A DNA stretch of 64,000 nucleotides from Monocercomonoides exilis PA203 (taxonomy: Eukaryota > Protista > Preaxostyla). The first letter of the stretch is position 1. Each line of letters opens with the position of its first letter. The notes under the pieces were generated by a model, which did not search any database, was not told the DNA's origin, and saw only the letters and a list, made by a program, of their open reading frames with translations. Location: NCBI GenBank assembly GCA_001643675.2, contig LSRY02000020.1, positions 1 through 64,000 of the forward strand, written 5' to 3'. Of the stretch, positions 25,328 through 35,500 are shown piece by piece. The position numbers were made by a program, and so were the translations under genes.

Positions 25328-26864
25328 GCCTCTCCAACTGCTTTCTTTTCTTTTTTCTATTGCAGACTAATATGGGCACCCCTGTTAAAAACACTTTTAA
25401 CTTTGTCCAAGTTTCACCTTATTATATCAAAATTAACTATTTGTTTAATTTTTTCTCAATTAAAATTTGATCAAATGAATAATAGTGAATGAATCATTTA
25501 TTTTTGTTGATGTTCTGATATTTCAGCCATCACTCTCCGTCCAGCGATATCCGCCTCTGAGATGGAACAACACATGATTTGGAGCATATAATTTTGTTGG
25601 CCGTATTTTCATGAGAAATGGCAACTGGGAAAGAAATGAATGATGTGAAGATTGATGAAAACAGATAAATGAAAGAGGTATGAGTACTGAAAGTTTTGCG
25701 ATTCTGCACCACATATTAATGTATGTCTTTTGGTGGAATTTTTGTGATGTTTTTATTTGAAGGGATTTTCGATGTTTTGAAAGAAATGATTAGTTTTGCT
25801 CAGATTGGCTGAAATGGACGCTTTTGGCAAAAGGGATGGGATGCATGGAACATGGTTATATGAGCATTTGGGTTGGGTTTTTGATGTGTTTTTCTCACAG
25901 ATAGAGATGGAATTTCAGTTCAAGAGAAAAAGGATAAAAACTGGAATGAGTGAAAATGGATATTTTTTGTTGAGTTAAAAAGGTTGCGAGAAATGAATGA
26001 TATTTATTATTGGTATGAGACAAACTCTGTTTTATTTGAGTGTTTTCATGAAAAAATGAAATTGTTTATTTTTATTTTTTCATATTTTAGGGCAATGGAA
26101 GTCAAACGAGAAATGCCTAATAGGTTCTGTTTGCTGGAAATTTTTCTTTTGAAGAAAGGAAGAAGGGGAAATGAAGAAATAAAATCGGATTGAATGTTGT
26201 TTTTTGATTGAAAAAGGGATTGAAGAGGAAAAGAACAAGCAATATCGATGATTATGGAGATAAATAGAAAGATGCAACTGAAACTATTCTTTCGAAATTT
26301 TTTTGATCGTCGTTCATCAGCATCGTTTTGGAAGAGGAAATGGATTTCTATTTGCTCATCAACTTATTCAAAGATGCGAGAAAGTTATGAAAGTTAAGGA
26401 AAAGAAGGAGTCTTTGAGAAGTTGAAGATATTTTCAATTCAAAAGAAAAGCAGGTTGTAATTGACAAGCGAGACAAAAAGAATAAGTGATTTATTCTCCC
26501 AACAAATTGTCATTCCATTTTATTTCAGTTTGTTTGTTTTTGCTTCGTCGGATGGAGCTAATATCTGCCTCTCTTTTCAATGCACCTTTGCGTGAGCTTT
26601 GTTTGTTTTGGGAATCATCCTCACAATTTCATTGCAAGCACTTTTCTTTTGCCATGTCAACTTTTTTTTTTTGATTGCACTTGCTTCGTGTTCATTTCGC
26701 ACACCTGTACTTTTGTATTAAAATTATTTCACATTTTTGAGCAAAAAATATTTTTTTGAATATTTTTTTAATCTTCATGATATATTCCCCAAAAATCTCA
26801 CGAATACAAGTGAGTATAACAAAAATGATAATATTATTGTAGCATAAATAACATATGCAATTGT

Positions 26865-29609
26865 ATGACGACAGTGCTGGGGCATTTGAAGAATTGTCAA
26901 ATTGATAAAGTGTTACAACATTGTTTTGTTTGCTAGCTTATTTGCAGTTTTCGCTTCCGTTTTTGAGCTTTATGTGTTTTGTGTGCTCATAGACTACGGA
27001 AAGAAGTTGACACCTACTGCACTGCCATCGCAGATAAAGCGTGCCGGGTCGCCGTTTGGGGGCAGAAGCACGCAATTGCGCTCGACGCCGTTCCAGCCTT
27101 CGAGCACAACGAAGCGCGCTTCTGGGGATGCGGACGGGCAGACGAAGTTGCTTGATCTATCGTTGGCCCCCATCCAAAGAGAGGATGCGATTGACTCAAG
27201 TGTGTGCTTTGGGTATTTGTTGTTTTGTTTTTGACGAGTTGGCTGTCTTCTGTGTGCGTGGGTGTTTTTGTGCTGCGCCAGCTGTTGCGGGACTGGCCTT
27301 TGAGGAGCCACGCGGGATGGAGGAAGACAAGGTTGGTGCTTAGTGTTGCAATTCCTTTGGAAGATGAAAATGTGTTTGAATTTTGTTTGGTGTATTTTTT
27401 CAGGAACCCGCCGTCGCAGATTGACGACAGCGACTACTTCATGAGCCGGGCGAGGCTGCTGGCATCGAGGAAAATATCGTTTGGGGCGATGGAGCGACGG
27501 GGGAGCTATTTTATGCCGATGGAGGGGAATATGTGGAGAGAGTCGCGGGGACCTCTGCTGACGTGCACAAGAGAAGGGGTGAGGCGGCTGGGGGAGCGGT
27601 TCGAAGAGATGATGGAGGCAAAGGAAACGAACCGGCCGGGGGTGGAGGAGCTGATTATCCACAACCAGATGTGCATTGATGTGACGCTTGGAGATGTGGA
27701 AGAGATGCTGGGGAATGCGGCGCAGCGAGGAAGGAGAGCTGCTGCACCAGATACGAACGGAGCATGCGTGTGTGTATGGCGAGCTGTGGAAGGAGCAAGA
27801 GGCGGGGGCATGGCAGGAAAAGCGGCTGCGGGAATAGCTGAGGAACAAGGAGGAAGACCTGGAGAGGACGAAGGCGAATGCAGCCCAGATGCTGAGCGAG
27901 ACGTGCATGAAGTACGAGGCGCAGGTGGCGGAGCTGGCGGGGGAGAAGGAGAAGCTGGGGCTGTAGATCTGGGAGCTGAAGGAGCAGCACGAGGAGGCGA
28001 AGCAGGAGATGGAGAAGCGGTATTCGGAGTTCAACATACTGCTGCAGAAGTTCCGAGACGACGAGCGGATCTCAAAGCGGACGAGCGGGTTGGTGGAGTA
28101 GCTGCAGGAGAATGACAATATCATCCGGATGCGGGAGAGGAAGATCCTGGAGCTGAGCGAGAAGAACAATGCAGAGGTGAAGGAGCTGCAGGAGCAGCTG
28201 GTGGCGATGAAGGAGAAGGTCGAATTTATTGTGGAGGGATTGAAAAGGAGAAGAAGAGGCGGACGCAGCAGGGCGGGGTGGTGAGCGAGGACAGCGAGGG
28301 AGCAGGGGCTGAGGCTGGGACAGGGTTAGGTGAAGTGAATAAGCGAGCAGAAGGCGCTGTTCAAGGATGTGTATGAGAAGCAGCAGACGGTGCTTGCGCA
28401 AAAGAAGCAGGAGCAGAAGAAGAGCGAGGCAGTGCGGCGTTGGATGGTGAACGTGGAGGAGCTGTTCCGGAAGGACTTTGCGGAGGTGTGGCTATTCGGG
28501 AAGTTTGCGCGGGAAGAGTTCACGGGAGACGAGCTATCGTTCTTCCTGTACTGTATCACTGTGTTGTTTGAAGCTGAGCTGCACCAGTAGCGGATAAAAG
28601 AGTAAGAGGACTTCCTGACGATATCGTTCCGGATGTGTCGGATGTGTTTCAACATTGTGTTTGAAGTGCGACTGAATAGAAGATCAAGTTGTTTTTTGAG
28701 AAGTTTGAGGGGCCGCAGTCAGAGAAGGGGGAGGCGAAAACATCAGCGTTTCTGGCATTTTTGATGAACCACTACTGGGCAGAGATAGCGAAGCGGAAGG
28801 AGGCGATGAAAACACTGAATGATGTGATATGCAGTGGCGATCCATCGGCTCCATCAACTTCATCATCAGCATCGTCATCAAAGATATCATCGTCATCGCC
28901 AGGGGCAGTGTGCAGAGGGATCACTTACTCGGAGCTGGAGTCTCTTCTGTGTGTGTGCCATTCGCAGACTCCTTCAGTGTTGTTGCTGCGGATCTTCCGG
29001 GATGCGTAGCGGCTGTCAGGCTTCTGTCTGCCGTAGTTTGCATCGGTGCTGGAGTCGTGCTAGTGCAACGACTTCTTCACGCTGTGCCTGCGGCTGCCTG
29101 ATGTGTGCGATGCAGACGATTTGCGAGCCTCTCTGACGGTGTCTGAGAACAGCGCAGTTGTGAAGACGGTGAGCCGGCACCAGGCGCTGCTGAAGCCGGT
29201 GCTGGACGATCGTGTGCGGGTGCTTTCTGGGGTGTCGGCAGGGGTGTCGGCAGGGGTGTTGGCAGGGGTGTTGGCAGGGGCAGGGCTGAAGCGGTGGGTG
29301 GAGGCGGTGCAGTCTGTGGTGGGGAAGAAAGAAGGGCTGCGGGCGCTGTTCCTGATGGTGCGGCTGCTGGTGGAGCTGGTGGGGCTGCACCTTGGGGAAA
29401 GGCAGCAAGTGGTGTAGTCTCATGAAGAGATGGCGTGGCACAGGCAGGGATAGGGAGACGATGTCTTGTCATCTGCTTCATTAGCGACTCCATCCTCGTA
29501 GCTGTCGTAGTCTTCTTTTCATTATTCTTCTTCCTCTTTTGACCCCTCTTCCTCTTCTTTCTCTTCCATTCTTTGCTATCGATTTTTGTATTCTCAGTTT
29601 TTCATGTAA
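26865..29609 (+). pseudogene. GC-rich relic of an axonemal dynein light chain domain (AXDND1/p28-like) coiled-coil gene with many in-frame TAG
   Basis: Main exon from 27404 reads TREGVRRLGERFEEMM...DVEEMLG/..RSEEGELLHQIRTEH, resembling the Ax_dynein_light motif TRxDVxxL...ELIRQV..xC.ERG.LL..IR, followed by coiled coil. Two frameshifts (about 27715 and 28667), 12 TAG, 1 TAA, 1 TGA; probable intron 28219-28329. The 5' start and 3' end are tentative. Confidence 0.65.
29229..29282 (+). repeat. 12-bp tandem repeat GGGGTGTYGGCA x4
   Basis: ggggtgtcggca x2, ggggtgttggca x2, then ggggca; in frame, encoding GVSA/GVLA. Confidence 0.9.
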
Positions 29610-29765
29610 ATTTGTTTACGCTCGTCCAGAAACCTTCTTCGCCTTCTTTCTCCTGTTTCTTATTACGTTCGTTTCCTTTTAAAGAAAGTTTTGAAATAAA
29701 TAAATAGATAATCAAACTTTTGAAAGTATTTTCTTTTATTTAAATATTTCTGAATAAAATGTAGG

Positions 29766-29900
29766 AAATGAAGAAGAAGAATGAAGAAGAATGAAGAAGA
29801 ATGAAGAAGAAATAAGAATAAAGAAGAAGAAGAAGAATGAAGAAGAAAAAGAAGAAGAAGAAGAAGAAGAATTTATAGATGATGATGAAGATGATGAAAA
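29766..29900 (+). repeat. Degenerate GAA / GAAGAAGAAT microsatellite
   Basis: Tandem gaagaagaat and gaa units. Confidence 0.85.
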
Positions 29901-30009
29901 CAATTACCAGATTTGATATGTAATGTTCACAGAAGTTGAAATGGAAGAAGAATCTGCAGCGCTGCTGATGTGATCCTTTCTGTTTTTTTGTCTGACAGAG
30001 TAATATAAA

Positions 30010-30830
30010 TCAATTAAAAATGAGATCTGTTCCAAGTTCAGTGAAAATTGTGTTCTAAGTAGAATACATCGGTCGTTGAAGGAGAAGTCGTGATGGCAGT
30101 GCGCTCAGCGAAGATGAAGATGAAGATGAAGGTGCAGAAGACAAAGGAATCTTGAGTATTCGATGGTTCACAAAGAAACAAGCAAATATCTTTTTATGTT
30201 GGAGCACGACAAAATCTGGGGATCTGCATCTTTCTGTTGGAGATGACCATCATTGCTTTTCTTCAAATAATCCATTTCCATATCCAATGTTCCATTTTAA
30301 CAATGAAACAACTTTGCTGCAATATTCATCCATTCTGCTTACTTTTGAACATGCTCTAATACAAAGATTGGAATATTATTTTGTTCTGCAAATTCATTTT
30401 GTTTTTCAGAAACTCATTTCTTTGAATCTTTGGCAATCCTATGAGTCATTTTGAAACAAATGCTAACATAAGCAATTCATGAAAAATGATAAGAAGGCTA
30501 GTATCATGTGTCCACTTTTTCATTCATGTTCTTCTTCCTGAAAAAGCCATAAAACACTTTCTCTTCAAGAATTGATATTTCCTCTTTTCGAATTCTCTTC
30601 CTTTAAATTTCCATTCCAATTTTAAAATAAATTTTGTTTTAAAGTCTCGAAACAATGTCTTCAGGAAAGAAGAGCTTCTCGCTTCATTTTCACAAAAACC
30701 GAAATCAAACAATTTTTTGTTGGTTCGATCAAATCGAATCAAAAGATTCACTTTTCTTGCTTAAACAGCCAATCCAAGTTATTTCGTTGCGCTTTGTTTT
30801 GCATTTCATTTTAAAAAGCAAAAATAATAT
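30010..30830 (-). pseudogene. Fragments of expanded lineage-specific families
   Basis: Broken - strand coding remnants, including ORF 30524-30751 (MNLLIRFDRTNKKLFDFGFCENE). Confidence 0.35.
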
Positions 30831-31199
30831 GTGTTTCAGTTGCAATCTTTTCCTTTTGAGAATTAACAAATGATGTTTTCATTTGTAGATTCTGCTGTGA
30901 AATTTAATTCTTCACCAATAAATTGAAATTTTATGATTAATAGAATGGATGCGTTTACTGATGATAAGTTTGTTGTGAGTTTCGAGAGTTACCGCCAACA
31001 GAAAAGTTTTCGAGTTTGTGCAGTTTATTATATTTTTTTTTTAATTCTCACGTCTCCACATCTCAATATTTGCATTCCTACCATCTCTCAAATACAATTA
31101 ATTCAAATGAAATAAAAATCATATGCTTCAATGTTTAATAGTTGTCTTTTGTCTTTCAAGATTTGATGTGATTGAAAATGTCAATCTTCTTCTTTCTGA

Positions 31200-32350
31200 G
31201 AAATACATTGATTTATCAAAATAAATTTATATTTCTTGAATGCCTACAATGACATCACAATAACCTTTTTCTTCCATCTTATCAAATACTTTTCTTTTCG
31301 ACCCTTTTCTTTCTGCTTCTTCTAATTCATATTTTTTCTTGACTTTCATTCGCCTTGAAATAGCAACAAAAAATTTCAATCCATAAAATATCATTCCGTC
31401 ATCAATCGTTCGTTGCAGAATCTCCTCCAAAATAGCGTCAACCGCTCTGCCTTTCAGAATTTCATCAATTTTCACATTAAAATTTTCCACTGCTATTCTT
31501 AGCAGATAAATGCATTTCTCGCTTATACCTCTGTAATTGTCCCTTGATGCTCGAAATACCTGAACAATGCTGTTGATAAGCCCAACATATTCTTCATTAT
31601 GCAATTTGTATCTGAAAAAAATTATAATCCAATATTTGCAGCCATCTCTTTGTGATTTCTTCTTCTTTCTTCTTTTCTCTTCCAATCAATATTTTTTATC
31701 AGCCCTTCCAGTTCCTTTATTGCCTCTCTCGCAAAATGCAGCTCATTCACAATAATTTCTTCTAATTCGAAATCATAATAATATCTGCCCATTAAAAATT
31801 CCCAAGCGGATTGATATGCAAGTCGTGTCAGATTCCGATGCGCATGGTGATATTTGATTATCTCTTTAATTTCATTCAAATATAGTTTCTGATTCGCTTC
31901 AAACTTAAAAATGTGTGAAAAAAAGATTCAGTAATATCAAAAATAATTGTAAATATTCACACTTGATGGAAATTGATGAAACTCAAAGCCAGTAAAGCCA
32001 TCTCCACCTCTTCACTTGTTTCCTGACTTTCCTCTTTCTTCAATGCAACTTTCAGAAGTCAGGGAACACAAATAGATAATAATTCATCCGAAATGTTGTA
32101 GCTTTGAAAAATATAGCATTCACAGAGATCAACAAGCAGATTTTCATCCTTTTCTTCTTTTTTTCTTCAACTATCATCTCCTCAAATCTTTCGTTCAATG
32201 AAGACTTTCTTTATCCATTAATCCATATATTTTTCATGAAATTGAAATATCCCAGATATTGAAGCAATAAACACACATTTTTAACTATTTTTAATTCTTC
32301 AATGTATTTCATTCATTCCATTGAACAGTTCTTTTGCGAGATAATTTGAA
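31200..32350 (-). pseudogene. Pseudogene of a large Monocercomonoides-type hypothetical protein family
   Basis: Motifs EEVEMALLALS, YLNEIKEIIKYH..HRNLTRLAYQSAWEFL and LEEIIVNELHFAREA.KELE.L.K.IDWKRK, recalled as typical of that family; split over frameshifted ORFs 31622-31879 and 31227-31685. Confidence 0.7.
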
Positions 32351-32596
32351 ATTTTGATTATTATTGAACTGAACAATAAAAAAAAACATATCATCTAAAT
32401 GCTTCTCAATTAATAAAAATTAAAATCAATTCACAATTCAAGATGATAATAGGTTATAAATACTTTTGACTGTTTTTTCGCTGAAATAAAAAGCTGGAAT
32501 AAATACAAAATTATTGGAAAAACAATTTGATTTTGAAGAACCATAAGAAAACAAAGATAAATAGAAAAAATTCATATTCATAGAAAAAGCAACAAA

Positions 32597-35500
32597 ATGG
32601 ATTACAAGCAAAAAAATTTGTTTGACTGTTAATCTCCTTCGACTTCCTATTATTTTAATTTGTAGATATGACAATGCAGGCTTTGTTTCGAGATTGATTA
32701 ACTGGTTTTCGCTTCCGGTGATTCGAAGAGGTCGTGAAAAGGTTAGCTTATTTTTTCTTCAGGATTTTGCATTGATATTGAATGCTTAAGCCATTTGAAG
32801 AAAAAATTTTTCCGTTTAAATATTCTGATCCGCATGAAGAGGAGGCAATTAAGCATTTTAAAGAACTTTACAAAGAAGAGGAAAAAAAACAACAGTTTGA
32901 CCGTTAATCATACGTGCGCTTCAGTGCCCATTTAAAATCAAAATACAAATATTAGTATTTCAATTTTGGCGCTCACATTTAGAGTTATCTGGAAGCTTTA
33001 CTTCATTGAAATGATTTTTTCTGTTATGTCAAAGTGTTTGCTGATTTCTTTGGATATTTCAAGTTTAATGTGTTGAGTAAAGTTATAAGCTATCGGGATA
33101 CTTTTATAATTAGTTCCTTTCTTGAGTGGGTTGTTCAAGCTGGAGGAAGACTTATGGAGGGAATCATTCTTTCGTTTTTTCACGTATTTTTGATGCTCGG
33201 AAGCAAGCTAACTAATTACCTTAGGGACAGAATCAATGCAATAATGGATAACATCGTAGATCGAGCAATGAAAGAGATTTTATTCCAAAAGATTTTGAGA
33301 CTGAGCGAAGATGAAAAAACTCGAAAAGGAGAAGGGAGGTTAATGCAATATGCGGAACCAAGCATATGCGAAATATTGAGCACGTTTAAATCTGTTAAAG
33401 AATTCATAGTGATTCCGCTTGATGTGTATTTATCTGTGAAGACGCTTGTTTCGTTTTTTGGAAAATCATCATTTTGGGTTATTTTGATGATTGTTGTTGA
33501 TTCTCTGATTTCAGCGTGGATTTCGAGGCAAAACTTGAAGCAACACGAACGATATCAAAATGAATCTGCAAAGACAGAACAAACAACAATTGAAGTGTTT
33601 GATCAAATTAAGGCATGCTATCCAATTTCATATTCCATTTGTGTTATTTTTAGAAATAAAGATAAAAATAGTGAAAAGAAAGAAAGAATAATAAAAATAT
33701 AAAAAATTGCTTATTTTATTTTTAGAGATGATATATCTTCACTTTTTCTCTTTCTCTTTCTCTTTTGGTGTTTCATCGCTGTTCTTTTGATTTAGTTAAT
33801 AAAAATAAATGGTTGGGAAGAAATGATGAAAGACAGGCTGCTTCAATCAGAGAGAGGACAAGACGATCTATTTAAAAAAAGGGTATTCACTCATTTATAA
33901 GTTCATTTTATTTTTAGATTTCTAATTTTTCTTTTACTTTCTTTTCTTTTAAAATTTATTGTTTTATTTTGCAACATCTTTAAAATTTTTCACTCAAAAA
34001 CCAATTCTTGCAACAGATTATCTCCAATTCCATCCACGAAAACTTGCAGTCGCTTGTGAACGCGCTCACCATTATCGTGCTTATCGGCTTGCGCTTCTGG
34101 CAGCATCTGCCTTTGAAAGCGTCTTTCTTGTTTCCTTCAATTCGAATCGTCGAATCGCTTAGAGAATCGCTGGATGACATTCCGTCGACACTGAACGACT
34201 TCTGGATGAACAAAACTGTTATAAACAGAATGGAGATGCTGTTGCAGTCAGCTGAGTCTGCTGATATATGTGAGGGTGAAGAAGGTGAAGAGGGAGAAGA
34301 GGAGGTTAGAGTTATCAGGCCATTTGGAAAGGGAGGGAAGAAGATGGAGGGAGAAGAGGGAAGGGATGATAAAAATGGAGGAGGAAATGAAGAAAAAGAA
34401 GGGGAAGAAGATAAAAAGAAAGAAGACATTGCTGGTTTGTCGATGAATTTTGGGAAGGATGACAAAAGTTCGATTACATTCACAAACAAAGGAGACTCCA
34501 AAAGTGATGTTGATGATGATGATGGTAATGTTGCATATCAAAGAAAACTCGTTGAAAGTGTTGAAAAGAAAAAGAGAGTGAAGAAGAAAAAGAACATCAT
34601 AATGATGATGATGATATTGTGATTAGCCTGTCAAATGCATCGTTTGCGTGGAGTCGCTATGAAGTTGCCATCAAAAAGGAAAGAGAACATGCAAATGGCA
34701 ACGAAACAGAATTTGAAACACCAACAGTCAGCAGGAGTGAAAATGAGGGAAAACAAGAGAAAGATGAGAAAGATGAAAAAGGAGAAAAAGGAGAGAAAGA
34801 AGAAGAAGAAAATGAAGAAAATAGAGAAAAAGATATATTACGTTCATCATCAACTGTTTTATCATCTTCTTCTTGTTTCACTCGTCTTTCCTCTTTCCTC
34901 CGCTCCTTTCGCTCTGCCTTCGTCTGGTTGTGTGGCATGGATGACGAAGAGGATGAGGATGAGGATTATCTTCCTCCTCGTCTGCCTTCTCCTCTTCCCG
35001 TCCTCCACATCATTTCCCTCTCTCTCCAAAGGTATACCCACACTCTCCTCTTTGGCCCTGTTGGTTGTGGCAAGTCAGCGCTGCTAGCATCCATTCTGGG
35101 AGAGACAATCTGTTTGGAAGGGAAAGGTTATTTGAGGGGAAAAGTGGCTTATGTGTCTCAGGTGTGTAAGTTAAAAAGAATAAAAATGAAAATAAATTAA
35201 TTTTCAATTTGAATTATTTCATTTATTTCTTAATCAATGATAAACATATTGTACATCATTTCTTTTACTGAACTGATTTTTTTTTTATTTCTCTTTATAA
35301 TATTCATCGTATATTCATTTATCCGTCATTTTCAACTCAGATTCCCTTCATCTTCAACGACACCATCAAATCCAACATCCTCTTCCACACTCCCTTCGAC
35401 TCCGTTCGCTACGATCGTGTCATTCAAGCATGTTGTCTGGAACAAGACTTGGCCATTCTTCCTGGTGGAGACGAAGCAGAAGTGGGTGAAAGAGGATACA

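Noticed and set aside
26994-28169. 391-aa - strand ORF and the Gly/Ala/Glu-rich tail of ORF 27204-28115
   Set aside because: Shadow frames of the GC-rich + strand coiled-coil gene.
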